Shown: one piece after another, positions 30,401 to 39,129 of the stretch
Position numbering within the stretch: the first letter of the stretch is position 1
Layout: each line of letters begins with the position of its first letter
From: a virus
Lineage: Duplodnaviria; Caudoviricetes
Direction: 5' to 3' (one strand)
DNA: 64,000 nt
Virus record (IMG/VR): IMGVR_UViG_3300025314_000006
Program-made: the position numbers and the translations under genes
The notes under the pieces: model-generated
What the model was told of the DNA's origin: nothing
Databases searched by the model: none
What the model saw: only the letters and a program-made list of their open reading frames with translations

Positions 30401-30489
30401 TGCATATCGGACATCAATTTTGCTATCTTAGATGCTCTTTTTTCATCTGATGCACTAAATTTTCCGCTATCGTTATTTTGCTTTGCCAT
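27460..30489 (-). CDS. Tail tape measure protein
   Basis: 1009 aa, helical Ala/Gly/Ser-rich with a long hydrophobic amphipathic C-terminal half; upstream of the baseplate genes. Confidence 0.8.
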   Translation of the reverse strand: MAKQNNDSGKFSASDEKRASKIAKLMSDMQKSGYDFSADIEKSDENFNSISNAIIGINKSDFFVKMNSSAEDISKMTKEVDILKEAFNESAEVLNKDFKKAIYGNTGNLEKLVKDFSKKTPDMGKALAEALKTKDFSAFIDKWGEDGLSAFKKITNKLKDKDGLSDFFKKNGPEGLIEINKDLKKATAELEEANKKVFSLSNALTKIGKNFAQNISPQKIVDTLMMFDDKLSDIQRKFSVTGDQIRATSESMSSLVSNGAQFGVSTEESFKNVEQLANTLKTNNIPAVAELAKQFQAIPGALGATGEEVNGIVGQMKFLGSSTEDIKNMFTNIAKTSKIYGVNVSKVTSEIAKELPRWQKMGFKEGEASLAKMAVKAEKMGVSMDSILKVTEAFQMNLENSIDSAAQLQLVGGSFANVDPFSLMSASQEGGDAMIDMISKLGADIGEINKDGKFQINPVDKKRLAMAAEALHLSTDEMYNYISQAALKNKKIDLLGSTLQGLSPEDQEFITNLSSIGDKGEIKLDVGGVTDLSKLTPEMIKIAREKAVNDATDLEARNIANQSMKQSFDSFVTSLLATMTVFEPVLKGIGWVLNVITSGFSLLQKGWDEIFGGGGQIVGAIIALTAALYLAFGGSAFTKLLGSIKGITGKLFGGGAEKVFKPRSYGMPKVKGAGEVPEGKKPGGFLESIASGLKAFGGANSKKIIQGAGTLAISVLLIGGSLGILAAVFSSINPVLLVAFGFSLVELAGAMWIMSKIMGKISSGDILKGSFAMLVMSVALIPFAFAMQMMAGIPWSQMLISIGMAALAVLALAGIGAIMMTPAGLAFLFGAGALAIAGLSLMLFGASLLVAASGFNAMSTVDWNGFSGMGSALVSILPGLLGLAGIGLFAIPGLLMMSFALGSLAAVMVILAPAMQISAIATNSMAEGIGKLKEAVKGLDVEKLNNMASAAERLSTASAISGLANAVFGGSSEKGQTEQTVKIAPITINLRLNGREIQNLVIEDTKLVS

Positions 30490-30516
30490 ATCTATAAAAT
30501 AAATAACTAAAAATAA

Positions 30517-30543
30517 AAAACCAAGCCTTATGAGCTTGGTTTT
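30517..30543. terminator. Terminator hairpin (possibly bidirectional)
   Basis: AAAACCAAGC-N7-GCTTGGTTTT. Confidence 0.7.
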
Positions 30544-30565
30544 AATTTAAATATATTGCAATATC

Positions 30566-31414
30566 TTATTTTTTCCCATACAACTCTTTTAGCTTGTCGT
30601 ATTTTCCAGATGTAGAGCACATCGAGAGTTGCCCATCCAAATACTCAAAAGCTTCTCTTTCATTGTTTGACATTGGTTTTTGAAAGTTTGAATATGTAGC
30701 AAACCCAGTTTTGCCCATCTCTTCCATTTTATTAGTAGTTGATTTCTGACAAAGGACTCCATCTCTAAATTCAAAAGCTTCTTTTATGTTATTGTAGTTT
30801 CCGTTTTCGAAATTAGAATAATTTTTCATATTAGAATGAGCTCCGGTCAAAACTAATAAAGAAGAGAAAAATCCAATAACTATTGTTATTAATACAATTA
30901 AACTCAATACAATTGAAAGGAATTTATTTAAATATAAATAATTACTAGTAAATTCCAAATATTCTCTTTGGTTATAAAAAACTGTTTGTCCATAATATAT
31001 TATTGCAAAAAACGATACAAATCTAAAAACTCCCAACCAAGGAGAATAAGAATTTGGAAAAGCGAATAATGATTTATAAATGAAAACAAATGGAAAAACA
31101 GGAATAGATTTTATTATTTCTATTATTCTGTCTCTTCTAAGTTCTTTAAGTAATTCTTCTCCTGCTTTTTTTATTTCTTCAGGACTCATTTTTGATGATT
31201 TGCTTGTTTTTTTATTTTCATCTTGAGTATTTTCTGACTTTGTAAATATTCCGGAAAGCAACACATAGATAACATAAAGAGGATAAGTAATAAGCCTGAA
31301 TGTAAACATTAAGGCATACACAAAAGAAAATGGTTCCTTTACAACTTTTTCTTGTGTTTTAGAACGAGGCTTTTTAACTTTTGTTTTTTTAGATATTTTT
31401 GTTGTTGTTTTCAT
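30566..31414 (-). CDS. Hypothetical membrane protein
   Basis: Several hydrophobic segments; preceded by an ECF-type promoter. Confidence 0.7.
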   Translation of the reverse strand: MKTTTKISKKTKVKKPRSKTQEKVVKEPFSFVYALMFTFRLITYPLYVIYVLLSGIFTKSENTQDENKKTSKSSKMSPEEIKKAGEELLKELRRDRIIEIIKSIPVFPFVFIYKSLFAFPNSYSPWLGVFRFVSFFAIIYYGQTVFYNQREYLEFTSNYLYLNKFLSIVLSLIVLITIVIGFFSSLLVLTGAHSNMKNYSNFENGNYNNIKEAFEFRDGVLCQKSTTNKMEEMGKTGFATYSNFQKPMSNNEREAFEYLDGQLSMCSTSGKYDKLKELYGKK

Positions 31415-31434
31415 AATTGTTGTTCTTTTTATGA

Positions 31435-31462
31435 TTAAACGTAAAAATAGAACAAATGTTGC
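31435..31462 (-). promoter_or_regulatory. ECF-type promoter
   Basis: Minus strand GCAACA-N15-CGTTTAA. Confidence 0.7.
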
Positions 31463-31564
31463 AAGATTAATAAATATAAAAAATATAATTAGCCAGCTCT
31501 TTTTTATTTAGTGCTTTTATAGAAAACAATGTTTTTCTGAAGAAATTAAAAGTTAATCTTATAA

Positions 31565-32056
31565 TTAATTTGGAAGTCTATACATTAACATACCCATTCG
31601 GTTAACGTCATTTGTTTCTTCAAAATTAAATTTTTTATAAAATTTTATAAGTCGATTTGTATCAGAACCATAAAAATCAGATGCTCTTAGTTTAATTTCT
31701 AAATTATTTTTATCAGCAAATTTTGTTATTTTTTCAAATAACACCGTTCCACTCCCTCTTTCTAAATCAGTTTTTATGACAAAATCGTCTATCCATAAAA
31801 CATATTGATTATTTTCTTTTTTAATTTTATATTCTATCTTACTTTCAGCTTGTTTATTGATAAAATTATTAAAAAACTCACCACTTATCTCATAAGTGTG
31901 TTCATCATAATTTTCAGTGTCTATTTGTTTATAACCACAATTACTACACCTTTCAGAACCTGTTGGAAAAGAATTTTTCATTCCACAGGTTTGACAAAAA
32001 ATGTCTTTCTTGAAGTTTTTTATAGCATCAATATGTTCACGAATTTCTTTACTCAT
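31565..32056 (-). CDS. GNAT-like acetyltransferase with N-terminal Zn ribbon (likely start 32056)
   Basis: CQTC/CSNC; 'ERGSGTVLFEKITKFAD...RLIKFYKKFNF', GNAT motifs A/B. Confidence 0.6.
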   Translation of the reverse strand: MSKEIREHIDAIKNFKKDIFCQTCGMKNSFPTGSERCSNCGYKQIDTENYDEHTYEISGEFFNNFINKQAESKIEYKIKKENNQYVLWIDDFVIKTDLERGSGTVLFEKITKFADKNNLEIKLRASDFYGSDTNRLIKFYKKFNFEETNDVNRMGMLMYRLPN

Positions 32057-32069
32057 CCTTAATAAATAG

Positions 32070-32585
32070 CTAAATTTTAACAAAAATCTGTTCTTCAATA
32101 AACTCAAAAAGTTCTTTTATTTTTTCTTGTTTGAAATACAGACGGTCTAATTGTTCTTGTTCTGCTCCGTATAATGTTGGCTCAATTTTTATAAGAAATT
32201 CTGAATCACTGTGTGAAACTTCGACTCTGCAAAAATCATTTTCTTTATTAGAAATGGTATGAAAGTTCAAATTATATTTTACCATTCCTATTGATATTCC
32301 TAATTCTGAAGTAATATTACTAAATCTTTTATCACCACTTTCTATTCCTTCATAAAATAGTCCTTTTGAGAAATAGAAAGTAAAACACGCCATATCATTG
32401 AAATATTTCTGGAGCGTATATTTTTCTTTACTTAAGGACGTGTATCCTTTAAATACTGGTATTCTTTCTTTGTTTACCGGATAAATGTAATCCATAATAA
32501 TAAGAAGATTATCGTTTTCTTCAATTAAAATTGCATCTTTTGTAATGTCGAATTTTTCTGCTTGTTTAATTTCTGTTGTTTCCAT
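32070..32585 (-). CDS. Hypothetical protein
   Basis: 171-aa ORF in the 35123->32070 operon. Confidence 0.65.
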   Translation of the reverse strand: METTEIKQAEKFDITKDAILIEENDNLLIIMDYIYPVNKERIPVFKGYTSLSKEKYTLQKYFNDMACFTFYFSKGLFYEGIESGDKRFSNITSELGISIGMVKYNLNFHTISNKENDFCRVEVSHSDSEFLIKIEPTLYGAEQEQLDRLYFKQEKIKELFEFIEEQIFVKI

Positions 32586-32609
32586 GATTTAATTGTTTTT
32601 AAGTTTTAA

Positions 32610-33341
32610 TCAAAAAATCTGACTATTAGCTACATTCGGTCTTAATTCTTGAAGTATTTTTGAATATTCCAGCATTTCATCTGTTGTAGTTTTGTCATTA
32701 AATTTTAAATTAAAGAACAAAGACTTAACCTCATCATCAGTTAATGTTTTATCTTCACAAAATTTCTTTATTTTACTTAAAGATTCAGTAAATGTAGGTT
32801 CTTTTGTTTTTTGTTTTATTTCAAACCTTTTTTTAAAAGACTCTAAAATCAAGAATATTTCTTCTGTTTTGACTTCTGAGATAAATTCTATTTTGGGAAT
32901 AAATTTTATCACATAAACTAGTTTCTCTTTTCTTCCTTCGGTATATTCCGAAGAGCACTCAACATGTCCTATTATTTTGTCGTTGTCTCTAATTTTTTCA
33001 GTATTCACAGTCAGGAAAATGAATCTATCTTTCTTTATAGCAACAACTTCGCAGGTATCTTCATCTACAAAATCCTTAATGTAGTTATCGCCAAAATCTA
33101 ATACAAAAAATTTAGCACCATAACCAGAGCCTTCACTATAACCTGTATTTGGTTTTTTTATTTGTCCGGTACCAAAAAAAGCGATACCATTAAAACATGG
33201 CAAATTTTTATTACCATTAATGTGGTCTTTAACAACAAACATTGTTTCTTTATGATTTATAATTGGCTTTTCACAACCTTCCTTTTCGGAATAACCCATT
33301 AGCTTCATTTTTGAAGCTGTGTCTAAAATATCGTTTTTCAT
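32610..33341 (-). CDS. Hypothetical protein, paralog of 34425..35123
   Basis: Shares 'GCEKPII...FVVKD.I.GN..LPCF.GIAFF' and 'E.IF.I.E.F.K.FEIK'. Confidence 0.7.
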   Translation of the reverse strand: MKNDILDTASKMKLMGYSEKEGCEKPIINHKETMFVVKDHINGNKNLPCFNGIAFFGTGQIKKPNTGYSEGSGYGAKFFVLDFGDNYIKDFVDEDTCEVVAIKKDRFIFLTVNTEKIRDNDKIIGHVECSSEYTEGRKEKLVYVIKFIPKIEFISEVKTEEIFLILESFKKRFEIKQKTKEPTFTESLSKIKKFCEDKTLTDDEVKSLFFNLKFNDKTTTDEMLEYSKILQELRPNVANSQIF

Positions 33342-33352
33342 GATTTTTGTTT

Positions 33353-33661
33353 TTAAAAATTATTTTTTAAAATTTCAACATTCCTATTAACAACTTCAAT
33401 CTCTTCTTTATCTAAATCCAATTCTCTTAATTCAATAATTGTTTTTAAAACATTAATTACATTCTCTATATCAGAATTTTCTAAAAATTTTGTATAATAA
33501 ATAAAATTTCCGATTTCTAATTTATTTGCATAATCATTTCCTTTTTCTGCCGGATGATTCAAACCTTTTAATAAGAATTCTAATTCATTTTCAGTTAGAG
33601 ACTTAAGTCTTTCTGTAATTAATAGAGCATTTTCTTTAATTTCCTTATTATCGTTTTTCAT
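33353..33661 (-). CDS. Hypothetical protein
   Basis: Co-oriented ORF. Confidence 0.6.
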   Translation of the reverse strand: MKNDNKEIKENALLITERLKSLTENELEFLLKGLNHPAEKGNDYANKLEIGNFIYYTKFLENSDIENVINVLKTIIELRELDLDKEEIEVVNRNVEILKNNF

Positions 33662-33722
33662 GATTTTGTTTTATTAAGTTAATATCAAACTCTTGAGTTA
33701 ATTTTGCTTTATCATTGTGCGT

Positions 33723-34121
33723 TTACCTTTGTTTTGCATCAATACTCTTGATAAAATCAAGGAAACCATCTACAATAATTGTATCGTATTTATCTCCTTT
33801 AATACAAAAGCATGTATCAATTAGCACGTAAGGGTCTTTTCTAAAATCCAATCTTAATTTATTGGCTATCCTGTCAAATAATCCAGCTGAGGCATAGCAT
33901 TTTTCATAATCAGAATTCTCAAAAAACGAATCAATTTCATCAACTTTTATATGAATAGTCACATTTGCTTGAAGTTCTGATTTTAATACATGAAAACAGA
34001 ATTGGCGTACAGTTCTATCAAAATGTTCATTTTTTTTATTTAGATTTATCAATTCTTCTTTTGTTAATTTTTTTTCTGGAAAGTTTTCCAGTTGTTCTTT
34101 TGTTAATTTTAAATTTTCCAT
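33723..34121 (-). CDS. Hypothetical protein
   Basis: Co-oriented ORF. Confidence 0.6.
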   Translation of the reverse strand: MENLKLTKEQLENFPEKKLTKEELINLNKKNEHFDRTVRQFCFHVLKSELQANVTIHIKVDEIDSFFENSDYEKCYASAGLFDRIANKLRLDFRKDPYVLIDTCFCIKGDKYDTIIVDGFLDFIKSIDAKQR

Positions 34122-34125
34122 AGGT

Positions 34126-34413
34126 TTATTTTGATTTTTTTATTATTAAATTTTCATTTTCTTTTAAAATTTCTAATCCATTATTTAATATCAAAGGAAA
34201 GTTAATTGGAAAATCCAAATCACTTAATTCAACATCACCAAGTATGACTGCCTCATTTCTTTTGTTTTTAACAGCACAAAATCTCCAATCATTTTTAAAA
34301 TCAAGAACTTTAAAAATTTCTTCTTTTCCTGTAATAAAATATAATTGAGTAATTTCAGATTTTATACTAATTGGTTTACTGAAAAATACCGTCCATGTTT
34401 TTTGGGCTTCCAT
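34126..34413 (-). CDS. Hypothetical protein
   Basis: Co-oriented ORF. Confidence 0.6.
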   Translation of the reverse strand: MEAQKTWTVFFSKPISIKSEITQLYFITGKEEIFKVLDFKNDWRFCAVKNKRNEAVILGDVELSDLDFPINFPLILNNGLEILKENENLIIKKSK

Positions 34414-34424
34414 TTGTGATATAA

Positions 34425-35123
34425 TTATTTTATTTCAAACTGTTTTCTAAAATCTTCAATTATTGTAAAAATTTGTTCTGTTTTTATTCCCAAATTAAGT
34501 ACAGCTTCTTTTGTTGGAGTGAACGTTAATACATACATAAAATCTTCATTTCCTAATGATTCTTTTTTTCTCCCAACATTTCCAACTATACAAGACTTAG
34601 AAGTGTTTTCATAAATAGGAATGTTGGTTACGTTGTCAGATAATCTTATTTGTTTATTATTAAAAAATGCTATACCTTTAAAACAAGGCAGTTCTTCATT
34701 TCCGTCAATACAATCTTTAACGACAAAAACAGTTCCATTTCTACTAATAATTGGTTTTTCGCAACCATCATCTTCAGAATGTCCTAACGATTTAAGTTTT
34801 GTGGCTATAAACAATATTTCTCTTAAAGAACTGCCAGACGGTTTGAGTGCAGATGACATTGATGCCATTTCTTTTCCAGATGAAAAATTTGATTGTTCTG
34901 ATTGACAGTTTTGTTTTAATGTAATAATGTTTTCGTTAACAACATCAATTTCAGACCAACTCAATTCACTCAATTTAGAAATTATAATTCCAATTCTATT
35001 CCATTTCTCAGGAGAAAAATCTTTCAATTTTTTTTGAATGTCAGTTATAAGAGTTAATTCTTTTCTAAAAAGTGGTTTTAAGAGTTCAACCACATCTACT
35101 ACATTCTTTTCTTTGATTTTCAT
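34425..35123 (-). CDS. Hypothetical protein, paralog of 32610..33341
   Basis: Shared C-terminal domain, different N-terminus. Confidence 0.7.
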   Translation of the reverse strand: MKIKEKNVVDVVELLKPLFRKELTLITDIQKKLKDFSPEKWNRIGIIISKLSELSWSEIDVVNENIITLKQNCQSEQSNFSSGKEMASMSSALKPSGSSLREILFIATKLKSLGHSEDDGCEKPIISRNGTVFVVKDCIDGNEELPCFKGIAFFNNKQIRLSDNVTNIPIYENTSKSCIVGNVGRKKESLGNEDFMYVLTFTPTKEAVLNLGIKTEQIFTIIEDFRKQFEIK

Positions 35124-35157
35124 AATTGCTATTTTAATTAATGATTGTTTTTCTTAA

Positions 35158-35185
35158 TTAAACGCAATTATAAGCTAAATGTTGC
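35158..35185 (-). promoter_or_regulatory. ECF-type promoter
   Basis: Minus strand GCAACA-N15-CGTTTAA. Confidence 0.7.
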
Positions 35186-35187
35186 AA

Positions 35188-36228
35188 TTATGGTTTTTTC
35201 TTTGGTACTCTTTTGGCAATTGTAGGTTTAACGATAGGTCTAACAGGTTTTGCAACAGCAGGATTCTTGGTAGTGATAACCTTATTTAAACTTGAAATAA
35301 AGTAAGATAATGTTTTATTATCAGAAATTTTTTCATAATCAGAAGCATTTTCAGCTCTAACAATGGTATTCATATTTAATAAGCCCTTTTTAAATGAATC
35401 AATCATAGCACCGGAAGTATATGGACCTTTTTCTTTTCCTTTCGAAAGGATAAAGTATTTATTATTAATTGGTGATTGAGCAGGAACTTTTGCAGTTTTA
35501 GTAATTTGTTGCAATTTTTGAGTCAATAACTTGTCATCCTTAACAAACTCAGTATTAGCTGAATTCGTTGGTCTTATTATTGTATCTAAAGTAACTTTAA
35601 GATTTTTAAATCCTTTAATTGTTACTTTGTTTTTTATTGATTGCACTATATCGTTTGATGAAAAGGGTCCAAACTCTTTATCTGCTTTTTTAATGAAGTA
35701 TTTAAATTCAATTTTTTTTGCTGTTGGAACATTATCTGCTTGATCATAATTTATTCCCATAAATTTAGAAGATGCTGGAAACCATTTTCCTTTAAAAACA
35801 ACTTTTTTACTACTCTTGTTCCAATCTAATAATTCAGCTTCAAAATTTCCATCAAAAAGCCATCCAATTTTCATTGGGTCTTTTTTTAAATCGTAAGTTC
35901 TTAGTGTTGCTTTTGTAATTCCGGCATTTTCTATAAATGGAGTTATATCTTTTACGTGGCTCCTTTTTCCAGATTTGTCGTAGAAAAAAGCTTCTGAACT
36001 TCCGGGCTCACTTGTAAATCTGTTATTATACTTTCCTAAATCAGATTTTTTAGCATCTACATTTGCAAGGTGTTTTTCAACAGAAGAACTACGAACGTAT
36101 TGTTTGTTTGGTTGCGGTTTGTCTTTATATAACCAATTCTTTGGATGTAACTTACCCCAGTTAAATGCTTCAAATAGATTTTCTATCCTATTGTTTAAGT
36201 CTTCAAATTCTTTTACCGGGTCTTTCAT
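35188..36228 (-). CDS. Protein with two GYF_2 (DUF4339)-like domains
   Basis: 'YFIKKADKEFGPFS...' and 'YFILSKGKEKGPYT...GLLNMNTIVR'. Confidence 0.6.
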   Translation of the reverse strand: MKDPVKEFEDLNNRIENLFEAFNWGKLHPKNWLYKDKPQPNKQYVRSSSVEKHLANVDAKKSDLGKYNNRFTSEPGSSEAFFYDKSGKRSHVKDITPFIENAGITKATLRTYDLKKDPMKIGWLFDGNFEAELLDWNKSSKKVVFKGKWFPASSKFMGINYDQADNVPTAKKIEFKYFIKKADKEFGPFSSNDIVQSIKNKVTIKGFKNLKVTLDTIIRPTNSANTEFVKDDKLLTQKLQQITKTAKVPAQSPINNKYFILSKGKEKGPYTSGAMIDSFKKGLLNMNTIVRAENASDYEKISDNKTLSYFISSLNKVITTKNPAVAKPVRPIVKPTIAKRVPKKKP

Positions 36229-36315
36229 TGTGTTTTTCCGAACATTTTTTATTAAATAGTTTAGAAAAACAATAGTTATTTAAATTACTTTTAAAATCCA
36301 TTATATTTATAGGAA

Positions 36316-37380
36316 ATGCGAATAATGGAAAATTTAAGAAAATTTATAAAAAAAGTATTAAAAGAATCATTTGGAGTTCATGAACCAACTGATGAATTGG
36401 CTGAGTGGTTATCAAATGAATTGATTGCAAACTTAAATTATTATCAAGAAAGAGGAATGTTAGATTCAAAAAAAAATATTATAACATTACCATTTAACAT
36501 TCCCAATGAAATGATGCCAAAAACATTTTTAAATCAAATAAAAGTAAATTTAAATATTTCAGATAAAGGAAAAATAAATTCAATAACTGGAGGTGATTTT
36601 GACACAAGCAAAACAAAAAGATTTGTAAGAAATAATCTATTTGTATATGATATAACAATAAACCTTAATTTTAATTGGGATTTCAAGTTTGATATTTCTG
36701 AAAAGATGACTTCTTTTTTCGAACACGAATTACATCACGCCTTCACTCATATAATTAAATTAAACAAAAAATCTAAATCAAAATATCTAAATATGGTTTC
36801 AAGAATGCCAGTTTATGATTTACAGAACGTACTCGAAGAAAATCCTATTTTAAAAGATTTTGTATCTCATTTTTATTTAGCTTTACCGGAAGAAGTTAAC
36901 GCAAGAGTTCAGGAAGCGTATGGCGATATAAAAATTCATTTAAAAAAATCAGAAGAAGATTTAATGAAAGAGTTATATACAACAAGACCAATGGTTGACG
37001 CTGGAACAATGCTAATATATAAAACAGATAGAATATTTTCTTTACCAAAAGAAGTATTGGAAAATTTCATAAAACAATTTAATGTAAATATGAAGACATC
37101 AATAAATTTAGTTATTGCAAAAGCAAAAAGAGAAAATGATTTGGCGTATGCACATGATTCCGTTAAATATCCACAAACTGACACAACAGCTTTTTTTACA
37201 TTCTGGAGAAGAAGAATAAATAGAGAAGGCAATAAACTATTTAATAAAATCTTAAAAATGGTTAAAAAAGCAAAAAATTCAGAAGATTATAAAATTGAAG
37301 CCATTGCTTATATGGATTCCGCAATTTTAGAAGAGGCGACTGGGTTTAATATAGAAGGATATAATGAACTTGATTTTTAG
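36316..37380 (+). CDS. Putative zincin-like metallopeptidase
   Basis: 'FEHELHHAF' HExxH motif with downstream 'EEVNAR'. Confidence 0.5.
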   Translation: MRIMENLRKFIKKVLKESFGVHEPTDELAEWLSNELIANLNYYQERGMLDSKKNIITLPFNIPNEMMPKTFLNQIKVNLNISDKGKINSITGGDFDTSKTKRFVRNNLFVYDITINLNFNWDFKFDISEKMTSFFEHELHHAFTHIIKLNKKSKSKYLNMVSRMPVYDLQNVLEENPILKDFVSHFYLALPEEVNARVQEAYGDIKIHLKKSEEDLMKELYTTRPMVDAGTMLIYKTDRIFSLPKEVLENFIKQFNVNMKTSINLVIAKAKRENDLAYAHDSVKYPQTDTTAFFTFWRRRINREGNKLFNKILKMVKKAKNSEDYKIEAIAYMDSAILEEATGFNIEGYNELDF

Positions 37381-37751
37381 CTCAAAATCTTAGCTAAATC
37401 AACTTCTCCTTCCGCTATAATTCTTTTTTTAATAAAATTTCTAACAATATTTTCTGATTCATCAAAAACATTATACATAGATAAAGACTCTTCTTCTGTT
37501 AAATCAAAAGATTTATAGTCAACAAGTTCTTTAAATAGGATTTTTCCAACAAATGAACGAATTTCTTTATCTCCATCTTTAGTTGTCATTCTTATAATAA
37601 GAAAAGAAATGTGATTTTCTGAAAATAATTCAAAAAATGGATTAGGCTCTAATCCTGAATAGTTTTTAAAAGATTCTATTCTTAAATTTTCTTCAGATTT
37701 TTTACATTCTTTTTTAAATGTTTCGATAAATTTTTCTTTTGTGATTTCCAT
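37377..37751 (-). CDS. Hypothetical protein
   Basis: ORF with TATATTTG (-7 element) upstream at 37768-37775. Confidence 0.6.
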   Translation of the reverse strand: MEITKEKFIETFKKECKKSEENLRIESFKNYSGLEPNPFFELFSENHISFLIIRMTTKDGDKEIRSFVGKILFKELVDYKSFDLTEEESLSMYNVFDESENIVRNFIKKRIIAEGEVDLAKILS

Positions 37752-37800
37752 GATTTTGTTTTTTTAACAAATATACTAATCAATCAGAAAAAAGTAAATA

Positions 37801-38451
37801 CTATTTTAATTGACCCATTTTTTTCATATCAGAAAAATAATCAAGCTTATGTAGTTTTTGTAAAGTGAATATGAAGCCAGATTTATCATCTTCTGAAGGA
37901 TTGTGTATTCTGCAATAATCTAAAAGCTTATCTTCTGGAATGTTTTTTATCTTTTTGTAGATTTGTTTTAAATCATTGAAAAAATCATTCTTCACAGAAA
38001 ATAATTTATCTTTTGATTTTTTAAGATTAATAAGTAATGGAATCGATTCTTTATCCATATTAAATTCAAAATCATCATCATATAATTGATGGTTCATTAT
38101 TGGATTGTTTTTAATTCTTAACTCTATATCTTTTAATAATTCTGAAAAAAAGTTATAAGGCCCTAATATATAATCGAAATCTTTGCCGGCACCAGATGTT
38201 AAATTTTTTGTTTGTTTTTTCCAATAAACAAATATTTTAGCCCTCCATTTATCATTTTTTTCTGCAAATATTATTTTAAAAGTATAATTAGGAAATTTGT
38301 TTTGAAATTTATGAGAGAACGTCCATTGATTTAATCCATTTTTTTCAAAAAATCCAGTGTACAAAAAATCTTTTAAAAAAGGAGAAAGCCTTTTTATTGT
38401 TTTGGCAACTTTTTCTGCTTGAGTTTTAGTAAATTTATCTATATTGTTCAC
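37801..38451 (-). CDS. Hypothetical protein (GTG start)
   Basis: 216-aa ORF preceded by CTATTTA (38457-38463). Confidence 0.65.
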   Translation of the reverse strand: MNNIDKFTKTQAEKVAKTIKRLSPFLKDFLYTGFFEKNGLNQWTFSHKFQNKFPNYTFKIIFAEKNDKWRAKIFVYWKKQTKNLTSGAGKDFDYILGPYNFFSELLKDIELRIKNNPIMNHQLYDDDFEFNMDKESIPLLINLKKSKDKLFSVKNDFFNDLKQIYKKIKNIPEDKLLDYCRIHNPSEDDKSGFIFTLQKLHKLDYFSDMKKMGQLK

Positions 38452-38481
38452 AATTATAAATAGGAACGTTTTTATCTATTT

Positions 38482-38509
38482 GCAACAAGCATCACAAAAA
38501 TTCGTTTAA
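38482..38509 (+). promoter_or_regulatory. ECF-type promoter
   Basis: GCAACA-N15-CGTTTAA, 6 bp before the ATG at 38516. Confidence 0.7.
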
Positions 38510-38515
38510 ATAGTT

Positions 38516-38962
38516 ATGAACCATTCGAAACTAAAAGAAAAGCAAAAAGAAACTAAGAATACGCCATGGACAAAACTTGGGATAAAGGTAGATTTGTGTT
38601 CGTTTTTGACGAGGAAAGTGCTGGTTGAAAAGTTTTCTCCTCAAAAAGCTAAAGAATCAGAAATGAAAGAGTTTTTTATTTCGAAGATTGATGGGTGTGA
38701 ATTATTTATTCATAATAACTATGAAAATTACGTTTTTTATATAAAAGAAACCAATGGAAACAAAGAAATTTTAATGGAAAAAAATGAAAAAAACAAGACA
38801 TTTTATATAAAACATGATGGCATATGGTCAGTTTTTGAGAGCCGATACATGCTCCAATATGATGAGATTCAGTCACTTACGCAAGGATACCTTTTAGACA
38901 GTTTAAATTCTAAAGGGTATAAAACAATTGGGTATTTTTTTCATAATTGGGGACCCTTTTAG
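38516..38962 (+). CDS. Array-associated protein, paralog B (148 aa)
   Basis: Reads through repeat 1 (LLDSLNSKGYKT) and spacer 1; stops at a TAG in repeat 2. Confidence 0.85.
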   Translation: MNHSKLKEKQKETKNTPWTKLGIKVDLCSFLTRKVLVEKFSPQKAKESEMKEFFISKIDGCELFIHNNYENYVFYIKETNGNKEILMEKNEKNKTFYIKHDGIWSVFESRYMLQYDEIQSLTQGYLLDSLNSKGYKTIGYFFHNWGPF

Positions 38963-39122
38963 ACAGTTTAAATTCTAAAGGGTATAAAACGGATAAATGT
39001 GGATGGAATACATAAGGTTGACTTTTAGACAGTTTAAATTCTAAAGGGTATAAAACGGATAAATGTGGATGGAATACATAAGGTTGACTTTTAGACAGTT
39101 TAAATTCTAAAGGGTATAAAAC
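38891..39122 (+). CRISPR. CRISPR-like mini-array B: 4 repeats, 3 spacers (two identical)
   Basis: 35-nt repeat CTTTTAGACAGTTTAAATTCTAAAGGGTATAAAAC at 38891, 38956, 39022, 39088; spacers of 30, 31 and 31 nt. Confidence 0.7.
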
Positions 39123-39129
39123 TTAAAAA

